Shown here: positions 44,547-57,000 of the stretch, one piece after another
Position numbering within the stretch: position 1 is the stretch's first letter
Layout: the number at the start of each line of letters is the position of its first letter
Source of the DNA: Lytechinus pictus
Lineage: Eukaryota
Direction of reading: 5' to 3'
DNA length: 60,000 nucleotides
Assembly (NCBI RefSeq): GCF_037042905.1
Contig: NC_087251.1
Span: 21,454,001-21,514,000, forward strand
Notes under the pieces: generated by a model
The model's database searches: none
Told to the model about the DNA's origin: nothing
What the model saw: only the letters and a program-made list of their open reading frames with translations
Program-made: the position numbers and the translations under genes

Positions 44547-47500
44547 GTTTGTATAAGTGCCCTTTTCCTAATTTCTTGATAAATCGAAAAATACATATTA
44601 AAAATAGCAAATTTGAAATGAGTCTAGAACCGAACTAGTAAGGGATTACGATTTTGACTGCTTATAAAAAGCATTTCGTTATTTTTTTCGGATTTTTCAA
44701 GCGCTCATAATTTTTATAGCCAGTTTATATTCTATGGATTCACATTACCCCCCCCCCCCCCGCGCACATGCTGGTGAAGCAGTTCTCTGGGTCAGATGCA
44801 TAAAAAGTAGCAATTGCTTGTGCCAGGCTTTTCCTTGATTCCGTATGCATAAAAACGAGCGATTAAATGCTTTTGCTAGTAAGCTCAAGCAAGGCCTGGT
44901 AGCATCTACTTGACGATTAAACTATTGTTAAAAAGCGTAGGCATAAACCGAGCATTGATTTGCATGGGGTTTTTTTTAGCTCCGTCAGAGCAGCTTGAGC
45001 GTTAACTTGCTTGATCAGGGCGTTCGCGTTTTATAATCATGTTTATGCACCTGAGAGACAACTTCAAGGTGTAAAGTAGCCTATATGAGTATGTTTTCTT
45101 CCTATAGTAAGTACAAAACCGAATGCAAACTATAATAAAATTTATTGATTAGAAACAACTTAAAAGAATTGTTCGAAGATGTTACATGAGAGAAGCAGTA
45201 TTTTGCAATGCCACACCTGTTTGCGTTCGAGTCCAGCCTTTGTTCTGTGAGTCGTGTTCGCACCGAACTCATGCGTAAATATTGGAAGGTAGGACGATTG
45301 CTCTCTTAAATGGGACATGACTGGATGATGATGATAACTCGCCACTGTTAATCCAGGGAGATGCCATTCTCTGGTTCATCTCATTAATTTGCATAAAACA
45401 TATTAGTTATCTTTCTATAGCCTCGTTCCAGATACACTAATGATCAGTTTTAATCAGAGTCTATACTGGCAAACTAACTCCGTCATACACTCTTAAAAAT
45501 GTTGGGCAACGTATTGTCCTCACAACAATTGATTAAAACTTTATCCAACTCTGGGTAGTTTTAGACCAATACAATGTGCTTTGGGTGAAAACTACACAGT
45601 ATTAGATGAAAACTACCCAGAGTAGGATGAATTTTTTAACCAGTTGTTGTGTGGACAGTATGTTGCCCAACAATTTAAGAGCGTACACAAGATGGGTCAA
45701 CCTTGATGTCCGAAAAAGAACATTTTGCGTATTCTTGCCGATATGATAGGTGGACATGAGTGCAATGAAACATCGAGTTGACGGTTTCCTGTATCATATA
45801 ATTCCTAAGGTAAGCTAGCCAAAGTAATTATTTTCTCATTTTATTTTTACACCTAGTACTTGGAACTCCGTTTCAACAAGACTATACGTGTAATCTACAT
45901 GATTATTTTCTTCTTCCAAATGGTATGTATTCATATTAAGCATTGTAATGAAGTAATAGGAAGATTTTTTGTTAAGATTATTTTATATAAGACCAAGTAT
46001 ATTTAAGGATTTGAAAAAACATTACATTGAATATTTCATTACAATATCTGATTTAAGATAAGATAATTTGGGCATTTCAAAGTTTCCCTTCTCTGAGAAA
46101 ATACATTTATATTTCTTTCATTGGTTTCAACACGCGACAAATCAGCAAGAATCGTCTATAATTGTAATGATTGTGCGTGAATACAAATATGGACTGTAAA
46201 CCATTGAAATATATAAAGACTGAACACTCTTAAAGGCATGAACAGAAACAAAACACTAGAAATGCACCAAGAGAGAAAAATATGATAAAAATATACAATT
46301 CAGATTCGTAGGCCCAGAGGGAGGGGGTCAGGGTATGTGATAAGGGCCAAAAAGACCTATTAGTGACGTCGTTTTTCTCAATTGAATGATGGTATTTTTT
46401 GTCATTTATTCGTTTCATTTCATTTACTTTCTACAAAATGCAAATCAGGTTAATACAGTCGAGTCAGTACAAATTAATACGATAGATATGAGATTGTGCT
46501 AACAGTCATTTTCTAATTTCTTGATTAAATATAGCAAGGGCCAACAACAAAGTGAATACTGACTGCATTTTAAGATTACAAAAGAGAGCAACATGGCATT
46601 GTACTGTGTCTCGATAGTTTAATAACAATGATACAAATAACAGATATGATTTTATATTTTATGATCCACTCTGCAGAGTGCCCAAAGCGCAATTGAAAAA
46701 AAAGGAAAAAAGATAGAAAGATACATATGCAATGATGAAATTGACCATTATAATGATCCTTATTTTTCATACTTAAAACATTCGAAATTATTGATATTCG
46801 TATAATGCAAATTTCACTTTATGAATGGCTTACACAAAAAAGAGTTACATTTACTTTAGATAGATACATTCATCATGTTCATAGCCCTCTAACTATTGGT
46901 AGTCTTTTGACATGAATTTGTTCACTCCGAGAAGTGCTTTGACCCGTAAATCAATAAGATATGTAGAACGTAACATATACGATTTTGTAAAAATATTTTA
47001 TCATTCAAAAATAATCTATAGGATTTATTTATCTCAAAATAGATTGAATTATATTACTTCAGAGTACCTTTCTGAACTGAGGTTCATGATAGTGTCTTTA
47101 ATTTAAGATGCAAAACAGGGCGATTCCACACTAGAACTTCAAAAATATCATAACTTTCAACATGCTTTCAATAAGTCATAAGTAGTGTAATATTTTACTA
47201 TGATACCTAAATTTTTTTAAAGTTGTGAGTTTTAACCAAAAGAGAAGTCAGATTTTTTTTTTTTTTTTGGGGGGGGAAACAATGGAATTTTCAATAATTT
47301 TGCTGATTAAATAGTAAAGTACAAACACTGCCTGGAACCATTATTGGCAAAGCACGAGAGGATTGAAAATATTGCAGGTCAATGGAATAATGTATCATTG
47401 ATGGTTCCAAATAATATCTACAACATTTTCATAATCCATAATAGGGACAGCCCTGATTTTTCTGAACCTATTTTTGGCAACGTCCGTACGACACATGAAA

Positions 47501-50500
47501 ATGCAAACGTTTTTCGTAGACTTTTATTTTTATGAGTTTCTCTATCTTTGACACATGGATGATTGATTTATCCTTCGGGGATCTAATGTACTGCATTTCA
47601 TTTTTCAATAATTGTCCTATTAAAAGTTGTCCCGTACGACACACAATATATACTGCATTTCATTGCAGGATTTGGATTCAGAAACCAGAAACAGTAGGCC
47701 TATTTTATTTTAAGTAATTTATTTGACATTAAGTGAACTGAATAGGCAGCGGCGTAACAGGGGTCGGTGGCCAGGGGGGGGGGGGGGGGGGGGGGGCAAG
47801 AGCCAAAAACAAAAGTTCCCGGTCATATCATGGTATGAACAGGTGTAACGAGGCGACTATTTTGAGAAGGCCAGATATTGCGTATCGGGCAGAATTTATC
47901 TTTTTTTAAAAAGTTGCGAGCGAGCGAAGCGAGCGCCTTTTTAATACAAAAATCCAATTTTGTGATAGATTTTGACATGATATCCAGAGAATAATATATT
48001 TCACTCTTCTCTCTTTAGTTTTTTTTTGGTGGTCTGTACGCCACTGTGAACAGGATTCTTTGCGGCTGTAGCGTGAAGGGTAAAAAAACTAAGGGCGCAG
48101 TATAGCCCATGTGCTAAAAAGCTGCTTTATATAAGTCCCGAGAGAGCGAAGCGAGCGAGAAAAAAATCACCTTTTCATGAGAATCTAACTTTGAGCTATT
48201 TTTTGACATTATATTCAGTAAATAAAATCATATCCTACACTTTTCCTTTGCTTTTCTTTCCTCCTTTTTTTTTTGTTCTTGTTTGTAGAAATTTTTGGGG
48301 CCATGTCCCAAACCTTCCATACGCAGTGATGTGCGGTTGGGGTCCGGGTCGGAGCCCCGGAACTTCTTGATATCAAAGCCATTTAAACCTCGCAGATTGC
48401 CGTTATTTTAATCAAATCGCGGGCATATACAAAATATAGATTTTACACAACACATTTATTCAACCCAGTTGCGTAATGAACCAAATATTTTGAGGGGGCA
48501 AAACGTAGCAATGTGGAAAAAATTTGTAAAAAGTCGCCAGCGTGCAAAGCGAGCTTGAAAAATAATTGCCTATTGAAATTACATTCTAATTATGTGATAG
48601 ATTTTTCCATTATATTCAGCAAATAACACATTTCATTATACGTTGTCTCCTATAATTTCTTTTATTTCCTCTTGGGTGTGGAACCAAGACCCCCCCCCCC
48701 CCCCCCCCCGCGCACCTGTATGCCAGTGATTGAACGTGATTTAACGGGGGGCGTTATAGAGCCATTTGAAGGTTATAAATGAAGAGCCCCTGCTGCGTTG
48801 GGTCTGGGGCAAAGCCCCGGTAGCTTATTTGCATAAAATTTAGGCAAGCTTATAGCACAATGTTGTATGCAGTCCATCTTTCTTCCCGCTCTTTAATTTC
48901 AATCATCGGCAGCCCGGTCGTGTTATTATTTTTTTCTTGTCCCTCTTCTTTGTTTTCCAATTAAGCTTTCGACTAATTACATTCTACTTTCGTTTCCCGC
49001 TATTGTTTGCCATTTTGTCATCTTTTAATTTATTTCCCACCGTGCTATTGCATGACATAGGCCTATTTCGGAATGATTTGTTCTTTCTCAAATGTTCTTC
49101 TTTCGTACATTTTCCCGCTTGCCTTTTCCATTAAAAAAAAAAGTTTTTTCTTCGTTTTCTTTTCATTTTTCCCTTTCCTTTTCCTCCTTTCCTTTCCCCT
49201 TTCCTTCCCCTTTCCCTTTTTTTCTCCCTCCTTTTTTTCTTTTTCCCATTTTTCTTTTATTTTCCCGGTGAAATCCGCCTGGGGGGCAGCTTGCCCCCCC
49301 CCCCCTGCCCCCCGCCTGTTACGCCACTGTGAATAGGTATTTTTTTATCTCCATAGAACATGAAATAGGTGATTCTAACCATTTTAATTGACTTCATGTA
49401 GGCCTATTCTTTTGTGAATCCCTTTAGCTAATACCTTGGTCACATTTGCTCTACGGCGGCCGTACGGCGAGTCGAAAACAGTCGTTTTATTCATTTTCAC
49501 CCAAAGCACCTATATGTAGCTGGTACAAAAAATGTTAAAACGGCTGGTTTCGGCTCGCCGTACGGCCGCCGTAGAACAAATGTGACCAAGGTATAAGCTG
49601 GCGATTGTCACTGGTCAGAGCTTGTAAATTTCTTTGAGCATGAAAAGAGAACCTTAATAATTGATTCACCCTAGCATGAAAGAGGATTTTCCCTTGCATG
49701 CTAGTGTGAAATTATTATAAGATACACAAAAAAAGATTTACACATCAATCATCCAGTTTTAACTCCCTTGATGATCACTAATTTTTTTGATATACAGTAT
49801 TGAAACTCCTTACATTTCTCAAGCTGTTAAAAAAATATGGAAAATAAGACAAACATTACGGTTTCATGAAATGCAAAAAAGTTTTAAAAAGTAAAATCGC
49901 ATTTCTTTAGAAATAAAAAACAAATGTCGAATTAAAAGTTTACAGTTGTGAAATATATCATGTATATATATTTCATATGTAAAATCATAACATTTTAGTC
50001 CCAAAATGTACACAAACAGATTAATTCATTCATTGTTTAAATAGTATATTGGAAATCATCACTCAATTCACTAAAATTTAACTTCACACAAAACCTCAAG
50101 TTTTGTTAGCTCTCAAAAATGCTGTGAACCGTTGTACATTTCCGAATATGAAAAAATGATGATATATGCTCCCAATTGTATAAATAACGGATAGAATATG
50201 GTTACATAATTATACGAAATATCTATCCCAAAAGGTCGAAAATGTTCAGAGACGAGCCACCCGCATAATACTCAAACAAAAAAAGACAAGAAATGTCCTA
50301 TCATGACAGATTATTAAAACTCAACTGGCAAACATTGGAATCAAGGAGGACATTTTCACTACTATTTTATGTTGTCAAAGCTTTGTATGGTATTGTACGT
50401 TGTGATGCAGTTAGGTGTTCCATTATCATTAACAGTCGGCATTTGGAGGACGTGAAGTTCAACCACCTCCGAGCGCGAACAAATTGACTTCATCTATCAG

Positions 50501-51018
50501 CTATTAATTCTTTTCCCCGTTACTGGGATGAATTGCCGGTAAGTTTGCGCTCTGGGGTGGTTGTTAACTCACTTATCTCATGGACGAATGAACTAAGAAA
50601 CAATTTTGTGCTTAGCCGGTGATGAATGACCATGTTTATCTTTGCAGGAATTTATTATTTAGGATTGTGTTTGTGGCAGTTATCCTTGTTGTTTTTATAT
50701 CTTCGTAGCGACTATTTTATTTTTAAATTTAAATTCATTGATATTGATATTTTAAGTTAAGATGAAGTGATATCAAGTAGACCTATGTTATTCTATTATA
50801 ATTTATCTTAAACCTTTTTGTTCATACTCACTCTTTTATCCGCTTCTGTTTTATGTAAGCACCCACTGGATAGGGTCAAATGGTCTTCATTGACTACAGT
50901 AATTCAGTTAACTTTATTTGACCCTGGCAGTCCAGTGGGTGCTCAATCTATACTCTGTTATGTTTATTATGTGTTGTACTTCACTGTACCAATTTCTATA
51001 CTTTTCAATGCCGAAATA

Positions 51019-51054
<36 letters not shown>

Positions 51055-54000
51055 TATATTGTTCTGAATGACTACTTATGGCTTTTCATTAAAAAGGAAG
51101 AATTTAGGGGCAACGCTCCACTTCTGATTAATAAAAAGTTCATTGTTTAATATAGGCTGTCCAATACTATACGCAAGTGTCTGTACAGCACACAAGACAG
51201 TGTCCCGTACGACACAATATTTTATTTATGACATATTGACAGAAATATTCAGCCAATATTGGTTTCTAACATAATATATGTCTTGAGTTTGAAAGGATTA
51301 TCATTATTATCAGCTAAATAAAGGGATTTAAGAAGTCAAAGAGACATAAAATAAGAAAGTCTGGCTTCAATTTAGAGATGCCGTACGACACATTTTGAGT
51401 GTCCCGTACGCCACAATGTTCTCAACAAAATTATATGCTTTATTTTTTCATGAATGTTTAATTTGTTTTCTTTGATATATGTGTTCGTTCTTGGGTAATT
51501 GAATATCAGTTTTTATGAAAATTATCTGTCCAACTCACAGACTTTAGAGTGCAAACTTGAGGTTTCCAAAAACAGCTATTTTTTCTGCGTCCCGTACGAC
51601 ACATTTCTATTTCAAATCTGTGTTATACAGGATGTGAATTTAATTCATGTTAAGTCTTAGTTTTACTAACACTCTGGTAGTACTTGATGATCATCTTTAG
51701 TTAATGGAATATTTTTTGGTTTTCTTGTCGAAAAACTGTCAAATGTTCCAGTACGACACGTGTGGTATCACCCGATCAACATCCATTCTTTTGTCTCATT
51801 ATGCTGTAGGGGCAGTATTTTATTTCATTTTTATTTCATTTTTGTTATTTTTTATTATTATTATTTCGTATTTTATGCCACAAAAGTGCACAAAACGTGT
51901 GCTAAAATGCTCAGAAGCTTCTCCAATAAGCCAGTTCACGGTTAGCTCATGATTTAGCTCATTAGCTCATGATGTAATAAGAAATATTTTTATACTACAC
52001 TTGGCAATGGTAGGGGGAAAAAACGACATTTCGCTTACCAAGATACTTTTATTTTAACTTTCATTCAATCCATTCATTATTATTACTATTGTATTTTATG
52101 TAATTGTAGTCTGGGGATTCTTGAGGTTTCTTTTAGTTTTTTTCTTTTCTTTGTTTTCTTCTATATCATTGTAAATGAATAGGCGTTTTCCTTGTGCTAT
52201 ATGTAACAACAGCGTGAAAAATAACCAAAAGGGGCTACTTTGTACATCTTGCAATTTATGGGTTCATATTTCTTGTGTCAACATTGCTTTGAGGATTTAT
52301 AATGATGATTCAGAACTTTTCTTAGATTGGAAATGTCCAAAATGTATAATGAAAGAATTACCTTTTTATAATGATACTTCTGATACTTTAAACCTACCGA
52401 TTTATAGTGAACCATTTGTTGGACATGACGAAAGAAATTGTAAATATCGGGAGTTATCATTAAAGGGATTACGTTTTGCGCATTCAAGTGTTGTAAGCTT
52501 ATTGAGGAATATTGATGAAATACGTTCAATTCTCATTGACAATCGAATTCACATATTTGCACTTAATGAAACGAGATTAGATGATAGCATCAATGATGGT
52601 GAGGTACTTATACCAAATTATGAAATAATCCGTAAAGATAGAAATAGAGTAGGAGGTGGAGTTGCAATTTACATCCACGAATCTTTGAAATTTACGCTAT
52701 TAGAGCATGATTCTTTGTCTTCGATAGAAGCAATAGCGATTGTTACTCATTTAAAAAATACTCAACCTATTATATTTGTTAATTGGTACAGACCTCCTAA
52801 TTCCCATAGTGCGGTTCTCGATTACTATGAACAAATGTTATCTTTTGTTAGTGGATTTAACTATTCAATAATAATAATGGGAGATGCAAATTTTTATCTA
52901 AAACGCCCGAGTAATTCACAGACTTTGAAATACAATCAAATCAATAGTATTTATTCGCTAGAACAAATTAATACTTCTAAATATACACGAATAGTGGGCG
53001 GTTCCGCAACACTAATTGATCATATGCTTACAAATTCTATAAATAAAGTGAGGTCTTTTGGTGTAATCGATAATGGGCTTAGTGATCATGCTATGAGTTT
53101 TCTCATTTGGAAATCCCATTCAATAGGTACCCATGAAAAATATATTTCCATCAGGAAGTGTAGAAATATTGATATTAATCGCTTTAAGTCTGATGTTAAA
53201 AACCAAAATTGGAATGAAATTTTGATGATATAAATGATGCGGTAAAAAGGTGGGAAGAACTTTTGCTAGAGGTTGTGGATAAACATATGCCATTTAAAAC
53301 TAAACGTGTAAAGAATAAACACTCTCCCTGGCTTAATGAACATCTCTTCAACTTAATGAAACAGAGAGATCGAATTAAACGTAAAGCTAAATCTAAACAA
53401 GAGGAAAGGTTATGGGTAGAGTATAGGCGCTTAAGAAATAAAGTCACCTATGAAATTAAAAAAAGAAAAAAAGAAATATTATTATGAAAAATTATGTCAA
53501 AATCAAACTAGAAATGAGTCTTGGAAAGTATTAAAATCATTTATATCAAATCGTAATGTATCATCTGCTAACCATTCATGCACTGGTGACGCTTTCGATA
53601 CTGCTAACAAATTTAATCTACATTTTGCAAGTGTTGCTAACAACGTATCTATTGATGAAACGCAAGGTTTAACAGATTTTCCTCAAGTACTTGATATTGA
53701 TGATACATTTACTTTAAACAAGATACAAGAAAGTGATATTTTGAAAGAAATCGATACACTTAAAAACAAAAAGTCTGTTGGAGTTGATGGTATATCTACA
53801 TTTATTCTAAAGACTTGTGCAAATGAATTAGTCCCCTCAATAACCTATTTAATAAATAAATCTATTGTAGACGGAAAAGTACCAGGTAAATGGAAAGTTG
53901 CCAAGATAATACCTTTACACAAAAAGGGGGACAAATCGAATCCTGATAATTTTAGACCAATTTCATTACTCCCATGTGTTTCTAAGTTACTTGAAAGGGT

Positions 54001-57000
54001 CATTCAAAAACAGCTATTGCATTATCTGAATAAAAACCAAATCCTCATTTCTGAACAATCAGGATTTAGACCTAAACACTCAACTACGACAGCCCTATCA
54101 AAGGTTACTGATGAATGGCTTCTTGCCATGGATAATGGGGATTATACGGGAGCCGTCTTTTTAGACTTACAAAAAGCCTTTGACCTAGTCAATCACCAAA
54201 TACTTTTATCTAAACTCTCTCTTCTTGGAGTTACTGGTAAATCACTCGATTGGTTCTTAAGCTATCTTTCCGATCGCAAAATTAAAACTTGTTTGAATAA
54301 TGTCTTTTCTTATGAATATGTAATTTCAAATGGTGTACCCCAGGGGTCTATATTGGGTCCGCTTCTTCTCGATTTGTCATGCTCTCTTCATAAATGTTCT
54401 TTTCATTTATATGCCGATGACTCTGTTTTATATTTCTCGGACAAAAATCCACTTGTAGTTGAAAGAACACTTAATAATGAACTGAAAAATGTTGCAAATT
54501 GGATGAGCAAAAATCGATTAAAACTTAACTGTAATAAAACCGTAAGCTGGTAAGAATGTTTTTAGGTACTCGGCATATGTTGGCAAGACATAAAAATCTT
54601 CACTTACGCATTCGCGAAACAGATATTCAAATGGTAGAAAGTGTTAAATATCTTGGAGTTTTTATAGATACGGAACTTAAATGGAATGTTCATTTTGATC
54701 ACATGTGTTCAAAAATCGGTAAAATGATTGGTTTTCTTGGCAGACTTAGGCGATTTGTTAATGAATCTAGTTTAAATTTAATATATTCTTCGGTTATCCT
54801 TCCACACTTTGATTATGCTGATATTGTTTGGCAATCTGCATCTAAAAAGTATTTGGATTTAATGCAAAAGCTACAAAATCGTGCAGGAAGAATTATTCTA
54901 AAAATCGATCCATATTTGCATACTTCATCCTCATACATCCATGATATCTTGAAATGGAAGACTTTAAATACCCGGCAAAAGGAACATATGTACGTAATGA
55001 TGTTTAAAGTTTTGAATAATTTTGCACCTGATTATATGAAAACACAATTTTCTCGTAAAACATACCCTTACTCTCTGCGTACTGAAAATCATCTCAGTCT
55101 CCCAAAACCAAATTCAAACAGCTGTAAACGGACATTTTTGTATAGGGGGGCTACACTTTATAACAAATTACCAATTAATTTATCGTCTAGTTCAACGATT
55201 CAGTCCTTTAAATCAAATCTTCAATTGTATCTCGGTTTTCCATAATCATTTTGCCTGTTGTTGCTTTCTTTCTTTTCTTTTTTTTAAGGGTGGGTAGTGA
55301 TGATTCTTTCTTTTCATGCATTAAATTAAGTTTTGAAGTTTTGTGTATATTTTTGTATATTTGCTTTATATGCATGTATTTATGTTTTAAAGGACCCCAT
55401 GGAAGAACAGTTTTATTAATACCACTGAAATGGGCCATCCTCCATATGATCTGTATGTTATGTTAAATTGAGCATGTATATATTTTATATTTTTTATGGA
55501 AATAAATACAAACAAACAAACAAACAATCAACTTTTCTCAAATGACCTTTGTGATATTTCATTAGGATAGGCACTACCATTTTCAAATGTAGATGTTGCG
55601 TAAGCTTTGCCGGTAGAGTATTCAAATTATAAGAACAAAAGGCATTGTATAGACCAGGTGACTAGAATAGTACATCAGGGATTAAGTTTGGAAATCTGTT
55701 TTATTGTCTGCCTTTGGCACATTTGACTATTGTTTAGGCTACTGTCAAATACCAGTGATTATGAAGGCTCTATTTATTACTCTTCAGCTTGGACGTGATA
55801 AAATGAACATTTTGAAAGGAATACATGAATAATCATCAAATCACAAATGCCTATGTCAGTGAATTTGAAAGCCACCTTCATGGTTTATCTCAAATGACCT
55901 TTTTCTGCTCGTGCGCAGTTTACAACCGTGAACAGGCTTATTGTTCGCGGGTCGTTTGAAGTCGTTTTTTGTTCGGAAGAAGTTTTGAAAATAAAATTAA
56001 TCGAGAAAAAAGCGACCCCAATGTTTTTCAGCAGCTATTATATCTGTTGGCTATTAGGCAGTGATAAAAAATACAGGTTTTCCCGTCCAATTTCGTCAAA
56101 ATTTCAATTGATTTAATGATGTAATAATTCAATTTGCAACTAATTTGAATGACCTATAAGGTCAACATTTAATGGCCAAATACTTAATTCAATTTAATTT
56201 TATTGGCATACGATTTCATGGTTTTCTCATTTAAACATGTATAAAGAACGATCAAATTAAAATAGCTGAAGAAGTGTTTTCAAATTCGCACCGGTACCCT
56301 CCTTGCGAACGTTTAGGAATTCAAAATCATAAATATGCAATCACTTATAGGATATTGACAGTCTTTTTCGTTGGTGCTTATCATTTTTACTTCTTTTGAA
56401 TAATTATGGAAATGGGTTTTACTTTGAAATTGGATGTATACAATTTTACTGAAATTTATCATCCATCTGACAAACCATCATCGGAACAACTCGTTTTTGT
56501 TAACTAACTATAAACTGTGGTCAATACCATGTCTCTTATCCGTTTCCTAACACAATATAAATTACAATTATGTAAAAAATATTTTAAAAAACAAGAAGAA
56601 GAAGATGGTGAAGAAAAATATCTACCATAGGCATAGGTCATCCACCCACTCACCAATCACTAGAAGAATAACCGTTCACAACCATATCCTATAAGTGTTA
56701 CATGAATTACGTCTTTATCAAACATCATGATAATGGAATAAAATGAATCTAATTAAAAAAAACAGAAAAAATAGAAAGATCAGATAAAGTTTGAAAAAAT
56801 ATTAGATAACGTAATAAAAAAATTAACACAGAAACATGTTATCTTAATTTGGACGTTTAAAGTGCAAATATGTGTGCCGATAGATGGAATTGAAAATGGT
56901 ATTTAAGGCAAAATTAAATACCATTAGCATTTGAACGAATGTCTCTCTAAATCAAATTTCTACAAATTCAAAGGAATGATGTAGAATTGAATTGAATGCT

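Noticed and set aside
46670..56305. A single large TIR element enclosing most of gene 2 intron 2
   Set aside because: Candidate ends show only weak similarity and no TSD.
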